Source: Nocardioidaceae bacterium (GTDB taxonomy: Bacteria; Actinomycetota; Actinomycetes; Propionibacteriales; Nocardioidaceae). From it: 53,929 bases of DNA. The stretch is taken from assembly GCA_033850795.1 (NCBI GenBank), contig JAWWPF010000032.1, forward strand, positions 1 to 53,929, given 5' to 3'. Below are positions 9,183 to 17,930 of the stretch, piece after piece. The translations under genes and the position numbers were made by a program. Within the stretch, counting starts at the first letter, position 1. Each line of letters begins with the position of its first letter. Under the pieces are notes generated by a model. It made no database searches and was not told where the DNA came from. It saw only the letters and a program-made list of their open reading frames with translations.

Positions 9183-9937
9183 GCCCGCGGATCACCGGCG
9201 CCATCGCGGCCCGGGTCCTGATCCAGCTCCGCCGGGACCGCCGCACGCTGGTGATGCTCCTCGCGCTCCCGTGCCTCATCCTCACCCTGCTCTGGTGGAT
9301 GTTCCACGGACCCGGCGCCGGCACGGGCTTCGACACCCTCGGGCCGCCACTGCTGGCGCTCATCCCGTTCGTGGTGATGTTCCTGGTGACCTCGGTGACC
9401 ACGCTCCGCGAGAGGTCCACCGGGACGCTGGAGCGGTTGCTGGCGATGCCCACCGGGAAGGGGGACTTCCTCGGCGGGTACGCGCTCGCCTTCGGGCTGG
9501 TGGCCACGGTCCAGTCGGTCCTCGCGGTGCTGCTGTGCCACTGGGTGCTGGGCCTGCAAGTCTCCGGGCCGGTGTGGATGCTCGTCGTGGTGGCCGTGGT
9601 CGACGCCGTCCTCGGCACCGCCCTGGGCCTGTTCGTGTCGGCGTTCGCGCGCACGGAGTTCCAGGCCGTGCAGTTCATGCCCCTGCTGGTGATCCCGCAG
9701 ATCCTCCTCTGCGGCCTGTTCATCCCCCGCGACGCCATGCCGAGGGTCCTCGAGGCGGTCTCCGACGTGCTTCCGCTGTCCTACGCCGTGGACGCGATGA
9801 CCGCCGTCTCCACCACTGCCGGCAGCGGCTTCGGCGGCGTCGACCGGTCGGTGTGGTCCGACATCGCCGTCGTGGTGGCCTTCGCGCTGGCCGGCCTCGC
9901 CCTCGGCGCGGCCACCCTGCGCCGGCGTACTCCCTGA
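9179..9937 (+). CDS. ABC-2 type exporter permease
   Basis: About six hydrophobic segments; RERSTGTLERLLAMP, EFQAVQFMP, PLSY. Confidence 0.92.
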   Translation: MSPRITGAIAARVLIQLRRDRRTLVMLLALPCLILTLLWWMFHGPGAGTGFDTLGPPLLALIPFVVMFLVTSVTTLRERSTGTLERLLAMPTGKGDFLGGYALAFGLVATVQSVLAVLLCHWVLGLQVSGPVWMLVVVAVVDAVLGTALGLFVSAFARTEFQAVQFMPLLVIPQILLCGLFIPRDAMPRVLEAVSDVLPLSYAVDAMTAVSTTAGSGFGGVDRSVWSDIAVVVAFALAGLALGAATLRRRTP

Positions 9938-10026
9938 GCAGCCCGGCCTCGGCACCGGGCTGGTACGGCGTAGCCTGGGCTCGGCTGCGCCTGGCAGCCG
10001 GAGGCTGAACCGCCTGGAGGGGACAC

Positions 10027-10956
10027 GTGTTACGGCAGCCGTTGCTGATGCTCGCCCGCAGCGACAAGGTCAAGCAGGTCATCACCGGCATGCCGGTGTC
10101 GAACGGCATCGTCGCGCGCTACGTCCCCGGTGAGTCCACCGACGAGGCCGTGCGGGCATCAGGCGACCTGATCGCCTCGGGTCTGCACGTGACGCTGGAC
10201 TTCCTCGGTGAGGACACGGTGGACCGCGAGCAGGCCGAGCACACCGTCGCGGCGTACCTCGACGTCCTCCGGGCCCTCTCGGAGAAGGGGCTCTCGCGCA
10301 ACGCCGAGGTCTCGGTCACTCTCTCCGCGATCGGCCAGGCGCTTCCCGACGAGGGCGAGACGGTCGCCGTCGAGAACGCCCGGACCATCTGCCACGCGGC
10401 GCGCAACGCCGGCACGACGGTGACCCTCGACATGGAGGACCACACCACCACGGACTCGACGCTGTGCATCCTTCGCGAGCTCCGCAACGACTTCCCGGAG
10501 ACGGGCGCGGTCGTGCAGGCCTACCTGCGACGCACCGAGGCCGACTGCCGCGACCTGGCCTACGAGGGCTCGCGGGTGCGGCTGTGCAAGGGCGCCTACA
10601 ACGAGCCGGAGTCGGTCGCGTTCACCGACAAGCACGACGTGGACAAGTCCTACGTCCGGTGCCTGAAGGTGCTGATGGCCGCCGAGGGCTACCCGATGAT
10701 CGCCTCGCACGACCCGCGGATGGTCGACATCGCCGGTGCCCTGGCGACCCGCCACGGGCGCGCGCAGGGGAGCTACGAGTACCAGATGCTCTACGGCATC
10801 CGCCCCGACGAGCAGCGGCGTCTCGCCGAGGCGGGCGAGAAGGTGCGCGTCTACCTGCCCTACGGCCAGGAGTGGTACGGCTACCTGATGCGCCGGCTCG
10901 CCGAGCGGCCGAGCAACCTCTCCTTCTTCGTGCACTCGCTGGTGTCCAAGAAGTAG
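10027..10956 (+). CDS. Monofunctional proline dehydrogenase (catalytic Lys apparently replaced)
   Basis: LDFLGE, LDMED, QAYL, RLCKGAY, ASHD, YQMLYGIR, YLMRRLAERP. Confidence 0.92.
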   Translation: MLRQPLLMLARSDKVKQVITGMPVSNGIVARYVPGESTDEAVRASGDLIASGLHVTLDFLGEDTVDREQAEHTVAAYLDVLRALSEKGLSRNAEVSVTLSAIGQALPDEGETVAVENARTICHAARNAGTTVTLDMEDHTTTDSTLCILRELRNDFPETGAVVQAYLRRTEADCRDLAYEGSRVRLCKGAYNEPESVAFTDKHDVDKSYVRCLKVLMAAEGYPMIASHDPRMVDIAGALATRHGRAQGSYEYQMLYGIRPDEQRRLAEAGEKVRVYLPYGQEWYGYLMRRLAERPSNLSFFVHSLVSKK

Positions 10957-10967
10957 GAGGTCGCGCC

Positions 10968-11780
10968 GTGCCGGACCCGATCGTCGCCATCATCGGCGCA
11001 GGCGTGATGGGCGAGACCCTGCTCTCGGGGCTGATCCGGGCCGGCCGCCGACCGCAGGAGCTGCTCGTCGGCGAGAAGCGCCGCGAGCGGGCCCACGAGC
11101 TCGAGGAGCGGTACGGCGTCAGCGTCGTCGGCAACACCGAGGCGGCCGAGAAGGCGGGCACGCTGGTGCTGGTCGTGAAGCCGCAGGACATGGCCGACGT
11201 GCTGGACGAGCTGGCGCCCGTCGTACGCCCGGGGCAGCTGGTGGTCTCGCTCGCGGCGGGCATCACCACCGCGTTCGTGGAGGCGCGGCTGCCCGACCGG
11301 GTCGCCGTGGTGCGGGTGATGCCGAACACCCCGGCGCTGGTGGACGAGGGTATGGCGGCGATCTCCCGGGGCTCGCACTGCGACGAGTCGCACCTCGCCG
11401 AGGTGGAGTCCCTGATGGCCTCGACCGGCCGGGTCATCCGGGTCCCGGAGCGGCAGCAGGACGCGGTCACCGCGATCAGCGGCTCAGGACCGGGCTACAT
11501 CTTCTTCGTGGTGGAGTCGATGATCGAGGCGGGCGTGCACCTCGGCCTGCCCCGGGCGACCGCGGCCGAGCTCGTGGTGCAGACCGTCGTCGGCTCGGCC
11601 AAGCTGCTGCGCGACACCGGCGAGCACCCGGTGGTGCTCCGCGAGCGGGTGACCTCGCCCGGCGGCACGACGGCCGCGGCGCTCCGGCAGCTCGAGGACC
11701 ACAAGGTCAGGGCCGCGTTCCTGGTCGCGATCGAGGCCGCCCGGGACCGGTCCCGGGCGCTCGCCGAGGGCATGGACTGA
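10968..11780 (+). CDS. proC: Pyrroline-5-carboxylate reductase
   Basis: IIGAGVMG, VKPQ, SLAAGI, RVMPNTP, SGSGP, VTSPGGTT; GGAGG RBS. Confidence 0.96.
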   Translation: MPDPIVAIIGAGVMGETLLSGLIRAGRRPQELLVGEKRRERAHELEERYGVSVVGNTEAAEKAGTLVLVVKPQDMADVLDELAPVVRPGQLVVSLAAGITTAFVEARLPDRVAVVRVMPNTPALVDEGMAAISRGSHCDESHLAEVESLMASTGRVIRVPERQQDAVTAISGSGPGYIFFVVESMIEAGVHLGLPRATAAELVVQTVVGSAKLLRDTGEHPVVLRERVTSPGGTTAAALRQLEDHKVRAAFLVAIEAARDRSRALAEGMD

Positions 11781-12973
11781 TGACCGGACCGGCGTGCGTC
11801 GTGTTCGACCCGACGCTGACCGACTACGACTTCGGGCCGTCCCACCCGATGGCCCCGGTCCGGGTGGACCTGACCATCGCCCTCGCCCGCGAGCTGGGCG
11901 TCCTCGCCCCGGTGGACGGCGGACCCGGGTTGGTCACGGTCGCTGCGCCCGTCGCGGACGACGAGCTCCTCGCCACGGTCCACGACCCGGCGTACATCGA
12001 TGCGGTGCGGCTGGCCGGCAAGGACCCCTACCGGGTCGTCGAGGAGCGCGGGCTGGGGACCGAGGACAACCCCACCTTCGTGGGCATGCACGAGGCGTCG
12101 GCCCACGTCGTCGGCGCGACCGTCGAGGCGGCCCGCCGGGTCTGGACCGGCGAGCGGGTGCACGCGGCGAACCTGTCCGGGGGCCTGCACCACGCCATGC
12201 CGGGCAAGGCCAGCGGCTTCTGCGTCTACAACGACGTCGCGGTCGGGATCCGGTGGCTGCTCGACCACGGCGCGAGCAAGGTCGCCTACGTCGACGTCGA
12301 CGTGCACCATGGCGACGGTGTGGAGCGGGTGTTCTACGACGACCCGCGGGTGCTGACCATCAGCCTCCACGAGACCGGCCAGATGCTGTTCCCGGGCACC
12401 GGCTTCCCGACCGACACCGGTGGCCGTGGCGCGGAGGGCAGCGCGGTCAACGTGGCGTTGCCGCCAGGCACCTCCGACGCGGGCTGGCTGCGTGCCTTCC
12501 ACGCCGTCGTGCCGCCGCTGGTGCGGGAGTTCGCCCCCGACGTGCTGGTCACCCAGGACGGCTGCGACTCCCACGTCGAGGACCCGCTCGCGCACCTGAA
12601 CCTGACCGTCGACGGCCACCGGGCGGCGTACCTCGCCCTGCACGACCTCGCCCACGAGGTGTGCGACGGCCGATGGGTCGTGACCGGCGGCGGCGGCTAC
12701 GCGGTGGTGGACGTCGTCCCGCGGTCCTGGACGCACCTGCTCTCGATCGTGGGCGGCGCGCCGCTGGACCCGCGGACCCCGACGCCCGAGGCCTGGCGAG
12801 CCCACGTGCAGCGCGTGCTGGGCCGGAGCGGGCCGCTGCGGATGACCGACGGGCGGACACCGACCTACCGGGACTGGGAGCAGGGGTACGACCCCTCGGC
12901 CTGGCTGGACCGGGCCATCAACGCGACCCGCGAGGCGGTCTTCCCGCTCAACGGCATCCACCACCTGCCCTGA
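11780..12973 (+). CDS. acuC: AcuC/histone deacetylase-family Zn-dependent deacylase
   Basis: HPMAPVR, GGLHHA, GFCVYND, DVDVHHGDG, FPGTG, GGGGY. Confidence 0.92.
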   Translation: MTGPACVVFDPTLTDYDFGPSHPMAPVRVDLTIALARELGVLAPVDGGPGLVTVAAPVADDELLATVHDPAYIDAVRLAGKDPYRVVEERGLGTEDNPTFVGMHEASAHVVGATVEAARRVWTGERVHAANLSGGLHHAMPGKASGFCVYNDVAVGIRWLLDHGASKVAYVDVDVHHGDGVERVFYDDPRVLTISLHETGQMLFPGTGFPTDTGGRGAEGSAVNVALPPGTSDAGWLRAFHAVVPPLVREFAPDVLVTQDGCDSHVEDPLAHLNLTVDGHRAAYLALHDLAHEVCDGRWVVTGGGGYAVVDVVPRSWTHLLSIVGGAPLDPRTPTPEAWRAHVQRVLGRSGPLRMTDGRTPTYRDWEQGYDPSAWLDRAINATREAVFPLNGIHHLP

Positions 12974-13170
12974 AGCAGGATCAGCAACCGCCCGGCAATC
13001 GCCGGGAAACCGCAAGATGTCCACCCGACACGCCGTACCGGATCGTAAAAACCGGCCCAACCGTCCCCGGCTCCCCAGCAGTCACACTAGGCTCGGTACT
13101 CACGAAGCACAGACGAAGGGTCTCCGGTGGGGAAGCCGGGGGGCGAATGTGCGCGAAAGTGCGGTGCATC

Positions 13171-13392
13171 ATGGCCTCGAGCTCAGGTCCCACGGGTCGC
13201 CCCGGTGACATCTCGGAGGTGAGGTTCCTGACGGTCGCCGAGGTGGCGAGCGTCATGCGGGTCTCCAAGATGACGGTCTACCGGCTCGTCCACTCCGGCG
13301 AGCTGCCCGCGGTCCGGGTCGGCCGTTCCTTCCGGGTCCCCGAGGACGCCGTCAACGAGTACCTCAGGAAGAGCTTCTACCAGGCCGGCTGA
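13171..13392 (+). CDS. Small excisionase-like HTH DNA-binding protein (BdtA/Rv0500A-like)
   Basis: FLTVAEVASVMRVSKMTVYRLVHSGELPAVRVGRSFRVPEDAV; syntenic position upstream of bS22. Confidence 0.9.
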   Translation: MASSSGPTGRPGDISEVRFLTVAEVASVMRVSKMTVYRLVHSGELPAVRVGRSFRVPEDAVNEYLRKSFYQAG

Positions 13393-13398
13393 GCTGCG

Positions 13399-13944
13399 TC
13401 AGAACCGCATCAGGTTCGCCGCCACCACCCAGGCGCCGTGCCCGTCGGGGGTCGCGCCGATCCCGATGTGCCGTGGGCTGCGACTGAGCAGCACCCGGCG
13501 GTGCGGCGTCGAGTGCATCCACAGGCCGACCAGCGTGCTCGGCGAGATGGCCCCGCGACCGAGGGTCTCGCCGACGTAGCGGGCTCGGCAGGTGCGGAGC
13601 AGCCGCCGCATGGACTGGTGCCTCAGCGACCGTTCCGCGGCGAGATGGGCGCTCCACCGGCCGGCGACCCGCTGCGCACAGGCCGAGCCCCGCAGCGGGC
13701 GCAGGTGGTGGCGACGGCGGGCCGAGTTGACCAGGCGCTGCACCTGCCGCCGGTAGGCGCGGCTGCTCATGACGGGGTGGGCCGCCGTGCTGACCAGCCG
13801 CATCGGGCCCTCGCCCGCACCGGCGAGCGCCGATCGGTCCGCGGCGGAGGCCGGGTCGGAAAGCATCCCGCTGGCTGCCACCACCGTGACGACGGTCGCG
13901 GTCAGGATCTTCTGCGCAGGACGCAGGGCTCTCATCATGTTCAT
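13399..13944 (-). CDS. Secreted CAP/SCP-domain protein
   Basis: Signal peptide ending near PASA; LVNSARRRHHLRPL, GETL, WMHSTPHRRVLL, HIGIG. The start is uncertain (M 13944/13938/13935). Confidence 0.82.
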   Translation of the reverse strand: MNMMRALRPAQKILTATVVTVVAASGMLSDPASAADRSALAGAGEGPMRLVSTAAHPVMSSRAYRRQVQRLVNSARRRHHLRPLRGSACAQRVAGRWSAHLAAERSLRHQSMRRLLRTCRARYVGETLGRGAISPSTLVGLWMHSTPHRRVLLSRSPRHIGIGATPDGHGAWVVAANLMRF

Positions 13945-14126
13945 GTCCCAAGGCCCCTCCCAAGGCCTCACGCGCACTGATCTCGAGGTCACTGCCGCAT
14001 GGAGGGAGTCTCGGTCGTGGGCTCTCCGGACTTGAATGAGCGGGCGTGGACCAGTTTTCCGCCCCTGCGTCCCTGCCGTAGGCTGACGCTTTCCAACCAA
14101 GGTTCTCTCGCCCGGAAGGTGCATTA

Positions 14127-14228
14127 GTGGGTTCGGTAGTCAAGAAGCGTCGCAAGCGGATGGCGAAGAAGAAGCACCGCAAGCTCCTGAAGAAGACGCG
14201 CATCCAACGTCGCCGCCAGGGCAAGTAG
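14127..14228 (+). CDS. 30S ribosomal protein bS22 (AURKAIP1/COX24 domain, Rv0500B-like)
   Basis: Not in the ORF track; 33 aa [33 protein letters not shown] from GTG 14127. Confidence 0.95.
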   Translation: MGSVVKKRRKRMAKKKHRKLLKKTRIQRRRQGK

Positions 14229-14255
14229 CCCGGGCCGTCCGCAGGGGGTCAGGCG

Positions 14256-15212
14256 ATGGGTCGCGTGGTTCTGGTCACCGGGGTCGCGGGCGACCTCGGT
14301 GGACGCTTCGCGCGCCGCATCGCCGGCGACCCCGAGGTGGACCGCGTGATCGGGGTGGACGTCCTGCCCCCTCGCACCGACCTCGGCGGCGTGGCCTTCG
14401 TCCGCGCCGACATCCGCAACCCGGTGATCGCCAAGGTGATCGCCGGCCAGGACGTCGACACCGTCGTGCACACGAGCGTGACGTCGTCGTCGGGGCGTGG
14501 CGGTGCGGGACGCTCCTCGGTCAAGGAGCACAACGTCATCGGGACGATGCAGCTGCTGGCCGCCTGCCAGCGCGCGCCCGGGGTCCAGCGGCTGGTGGTC
14601 AAGTCCTCCTCGTCGGTCTACGGGTCCTCCAGCCGCGACCCGGCCATGTTCACCGAGGACATGTCCGCCAAGCGCCTGCCACGATCGGGCTACCCGAAGG
14701 ACGTCCTCGAGGTCGAGGGCTACGTCCGCGGCTTCGCGCGCCGGCGCCCCGACGTCACCGTGACCCTCCTGCGCGCGGCGGGCACCGTGGGGCCGAAGGT
14801 CTCCTCGCCGCTCACCGACTACTTCCGGCTGCCCGTCGTACCGACGGTGCTCGGGTACGACGCCCGGTTGCAGCTGCTGCACGAGGCCGACCTGCTCGCG
14901 GCCCTGCACCACGCCACGTTGGCCGGCGTGCACGGGACCTTCAACCTCGCGGGCGACGGTGTGCTCGTGATGTCGCAGGCGCTGCGCCGCCTCGGCCGTC
15001 CCCGCGTCTCGGTGCCGCCCTTCGCGCTGAGCGCGGCAGGAGCGGTGACCCGCACCGGCGGCCTACGGGGCATCCACGGCGACCTCACCGGCTTCCTGAC
15101 GTTCGGCCGCGGCCTGGACACCAGCCGGATGTACGACGTCCTGGGGTTCTCCCCCCGCTACAGCACGGCCGCGGCCCTGGCCGACTTCGCAGGAGCTGGT
15201 GCACATGCCTGA
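14256..15212 (+). CDS. NAD-dependent epimerase/dehydratase family (atypical SDR, Rv0501-like)
   Basis: VLVTGVAGDLG Rossmann motif, NVIGTMQLL, SSSSVYG. Confidence 0.88.
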   Translation: MGRVVLVTGVAGDLGGRFARRIAGDPEVDRVIGVDVLPPRTDLGGVAFVRADIRNPVIAKVIAGQDVDTVVHTSVTSSSGRGGAGRSSVKEHNVIGTMQLLAACQRAPGVQRLVVKSSSSVYGSSSRDPAMFTEDMSAKRLPRSGYPKDVLEVEGYVRGFARRRPDVTVTLLRAAGTVGPKVSSPLTDYFRLPVVPTVLGYDARLQLLHEADLLAALHHATLAGVHGTFNLAGDGVLVMSQALRRLGRPRVSVPPFALSAAGAVTRTGGLRGIHGDLTGFLTFGRGLDTSRMYDVLGFSPRYSTAAALADFAGAGAHA

Positions 15213-16308
15213 CGCGGAAGTGATCCCGCTCGGCACCCACGGCCGGCCGGGACGCGGGACCGGCAGCACGAAGCCGTCCTCGGCAGCCCGCACCCTGGCG
15301 ACGCCCGGTCCACGGAAGAAGGCTGTCCCGCGAGCCGACGAGCGGCCGGAGCAGCCGTCGGACCGGGGCCCCCAGGTTGCGCCCCCGGAGCCGCCGGCCA
15401 CCCCGGCGGACCCAGCGGACCTGGCGGACGACTGGCTCCAGGCCCTGACGGCCGCTGCCGTCGAGGTGTTCGGCGAGCAGTGGGAGCCGAGGGCAGCAGA
15501 GCTGCTGGCCTTCCTCCGCCGCCGGCTCACCGGCGAGTACGAGGTCGACGAGTACGGCTTCGACGCCGAGCTGACCCAGCGGTTCCTGCTCGCCGCGGTC
15601 CGCCCCCTGGCGGAGAAGTGGTTCCGCGTCGAGGTCCGTGGTGCCGAGAACATCCCGGCCGAGGGCGGTGCCCTGCTGGTCTCCAACCACTCCGGCACCG
15701 TCCCGATGGACGGCCTGGTGACGATGGTGTCGGTGCACGACCGCACCGGCCGCAACCTGCGCCCGCTCGGCGCCGACCTGGTCTTCCGGCTCCCCTTCAT
15801 CGGCGAGCTGGCCCGCAAGAGCGGTGTCACGCTGGCCTGCAACGAGGACGCCCAACGGATGCTGAGCGGAGGAGAGCTCGTCGGGGTCTGGCCCGAGGGC
15901 TTCAAGGGCATCGGCAAGCCGTACTCCGAGCGGTACAAGCTCCAGCGGTTCGGCCGCGGCGGCTTCGTCTCGGCCGCCATCCGCACCGGCGTGCCGATCA
16001 TCCCCTGCTCGGTCGTGGGCGCCGAGGAGACCTATCCGCTGATCGGGAACCTGCCGGCCCTGGCCCGGCTCCTCGGCATGCCGTACCTGCCGATCACCCC
16101 GTTCTTCCCCTGGCTGGGACCGCTGGGAATGGTGCCGCTGCCCTCGAAGTGGCTGATCGAGCTCGGGGAGCCGATCCGCACGGACACCTACGACGAAGGC
16201 GCGGCGGACGACCCGATGCTGGTCTTCAACGTGACGGACCAGGTCCGCGAGACCATCCAGCAGACGCTGTACTCGCTGCTCATGCAGCGCCGCTCCGTCT
16301 TCTACTGA
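15205..16308 (+). CDS. Lysophospholipid/PlsC-like acyltransferase (Rv0502-like)
   Basis: SNHSG...D, WPEG, GVPIIP, GEPI. Confidence 0.9.
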   Translation: MPDAEVIPLGTHGRPGRGTGSTKPSSAARTLATPGPRKKAVPRADERPEQPSDRGPQVAPPEPPATPADPADLADDWLQALTAAAVEVFGEQWEPRAAELLAFLRRRLTGEYEVDEYGFDAELTQRFLLAAVRPLAEKWFRVEVRGAENIPAEGGALLVSNHSGTVPMDGLVTMVSVHDRTGRNLRPLGADLVFRLPFIGELARKSGVTLACNEDAQRMLSGGELVGVWPEGFKGIGKPYSERYKLQRFGRGGFVSAAIRTGVPIIPCSVVGAEETYPLIGNLPALARLLGMPYLPITPFFPWLGPLGMVPLPSKWLIELGEPIRTDTYDEGAADDPMLVFNVTDQVRETIQQTLYSLLMQRRSVFY

Positions 16309-16314
16309 GTTCCC

Positions 16315-16386
16315 CCCGGCCCGGGGTGCCGGGCCTTCTCCGAGGCCTTCTCCTGGGCCTTCTCCTGGCCCTCCACAGGACCTTCT
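16315..16386. repeat. GC hairpin plus 12-bp tandem repeat GGCCTTCTCC(G/T)(A/G) between convergent genes
   Basis: CCCGGC-N7-GCCGGG followed by ggccttctccga ggccttctcctg ggccttctcctg and degenerate copies. Confidence 0.6.
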
Positions 16387-17848
16387 ACTGCGACTTCGGC
16401 ACCTGCGAGGACTTCAGCCCCGACGGCGCCGAGCCGCCCGCGGGCTCCTGCGCGGCGCCACCGGGCTGCGCGGAAGACGCCCCCGAGGACGCCGCGGGCG
16501 ACGGTTCCGCGACGGAGGGTGCCACGTTCTGCGAGGGCGGGTCCGAGGGCGGCGGCTCCGTCGGTGCCGCGTCGGTGGGGTCGGGAACCGAGGGGGCCGG
16601 GACCGAGGGTGCCGGGGCGGGGGTCGGCGGGACCGAGGGTGCGGGGTCCGAGGGTGCCTGGTCTGAGGGTGCCGGCGCGGAAGGTGCGGGCGCCGAGGCC
16701 TCCGGAGCCGAGGGCGTTGCCGGGACGGGCGCCGCGTCCGACGGCGCGGGGGTGGACGGAACCTCCGCGGCCGGTGCGGGGGCTGACACCACGGGGTCCG
16801 CAGCCGGGGTGGCAGCCTGGTCCACGGGCCCCGCAGGCGCCGGGGCGGTGGCCGGCGCGCCGAGGGGCAGGGCGGTGTCGACCGGAGGGAGTCCGAGGGG
16901 CGGTGCCAGGCCGATGAGGGCGATGACCCGGGCGGGGTCGCCACCGGGCGCCTCGGGCGGAACGTCGGCGACCACCGCCGGCGTGTCGCTGGTCGCGCCC
17001 GTGAGCTGCAGTGCGGTCGGCTCGCTGCCGTGGTGCTTCAGCGTCAGCGGCACGTGGAGCGGCGCGATGTCCGCGCAGTCGTCGCAGGCCACGCGGGCGT
17101 TGCCGTCGATGGCACCCAGGGTCGTCGCGGCGAACACCAGGTCCCTGTGGGCCTTCGGCGGGGTGTCCGAGGCGAAGTGCTTCAGGGTGTGCAGCTGGCT
17201 CGCGGCGAACTGCCGGACGGTGGCCACCGCCTTCGGGTTGCCGGTGATGCGGTACGAGCGCAGCATCAGGTCGGCGCCTTCGCCGGCCTGCTGGCTGAAG
17301 TCCTGCAGGGTGTGCGGGATCTCGGTGGCCCTGGTGACCGGTCCGGACTGGAGGAGGCCCTGCACCTCGTCGAGTCGCGTCGAGGCGTTCTGGAGGAGCT
17401 GGCGTCCGCGAGCGAACGCCGAGCCGGCGAGATCGACCTGGGCCTGCTCGATGCCTCGCTTCAGCGGGTAGAGCGCCTGACCGGGCAGCGCGCCCTCCGC
17501 GGCCGAAGCCATGCCGGCGGTGCCGCCGAGCACGATGGACACCGTCGCCGCGGCCACCAGCCTCCGCTCCCTGCCGCTGCGCGGGTGGTCCGGCACCAGC
17601 GGGGCGGTCTCGTGCCTGACCAGGCCGGTCGCGGCTTCGGCCATCAGCCGGTCGCGGAGGCCCGCGGTGAAGGCGGGCCGAGGCGTCGGTTCGGCCTCGG
17701 AGCGGGCGCGCAGGCCGGCGACGAGCTCCAGCAGCCGGGCCTGCTCCATGCCGACACCCACCTCGACCGGCGTGCCGGGCGCGGCAGACCTCTCGACAAG
17801 CGCGGCGAACTCCTCGGCGCGCCTTCGGGAGCGGAAGACGGGGCTCAT
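16385..17848 (-). CDS. rsbN: RsbN-like membrane anti-sigma factor (DUF5667-like) with Pro/Ala/Ser-rich tail
   Basis: RRRAEEFAALVE...PRPAFTAGLRDRL cytoplasmic part, one TM segment, ALPGQALYPLKRGIE motif, PSxPA repeats; directly downstream of the BldN-like sigma. Confidence 0.75.
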   Translation of the reverse strand: MSPVFRSRRRAEEFAALVERSAAPGTPVEVGVGMEQARLLELVAGLRARSEAEPTPRPAFTAGLRDRLMAEAATGLVRHETAPLVPDHPRSGRERRLVAAATVSIVLGGTAGMASAAEGALPGQALYPLKRGIEQAQVDLAGSAFARGRQLLQNASTRLDEVQGLLQSGPVTRATEIPHTLQDFSQQAGEGADLMLRSYRITGNPKAVATVRQFAASQLHTLKHFASDTPPKAHRDLVFAATTLGAIDGNARVACDDCADIAPLHVPLTLKHHGSEPTALQLTGATSDTPAVVADVPPEAPGGDPARVIALIGLAPPLGLPPVDTALPLGAPATAPAPAGPVDQAATPAADPVVSAPAPAAEVPSTPAPSDAAPVPATPSAPEASAPAPSAPAPSDQAPSDPAPSVPPTPAPAPSVPAPSVPDPTDAAPTEPPPSDPPSQNVAPSVAEPSPAASSGASSAQPGGAAQEPAGGSAPSGLKSSQVPKSQ

Positions 17849-17897
17849 CTGGGGGATCCTTGGGGCGACGTCCGGGCTGTCAGGTGTGTCCGTAGAT

Positions 17898-17926
17898 GTA
17901 ACGAGCGACGGACGGCTCGGGTTACG
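17898..17926 (-). promoter_or_regulatory. Putative sigma-BldN-dependent promoter of rsbN
   Basis: The minus strand reads CGTAAC-N17-CGTTAC, 50-78 nt upstream of the rsbN ATG; it resembles the Streptomyces BldN consensus CGTAAC...CGTTGA. Confidence 0.65.
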
Positions 17927-17930
17927 CGGC

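Noticed and set aside
13080-13103. BldD box upstream of the bdtA-like gene (AGTCACACTAGG...)
   Set aside because: Only a half-site matches, and it overlaps a plain TAGGCT -10; insufficient support.
13171-13392. Excisionase as a sign of a prophage or ICE
   Set aside because: No integrase, att site or phage genes; this is the core BdtA/Rv0500A-type gene in its usual position.
13945-14070. c-di-AMP (ydaO) riboswitch ahead of the CAP gene
   Set aside because: The conserved GCTGAA...GGGGAACC...CAGCTAAC elements are not present.
16500-16760. 15-bp repeats encoding PSxPA
   Set aside because: Explained as the coding low-complexity stalk of the RsbN-like protein.
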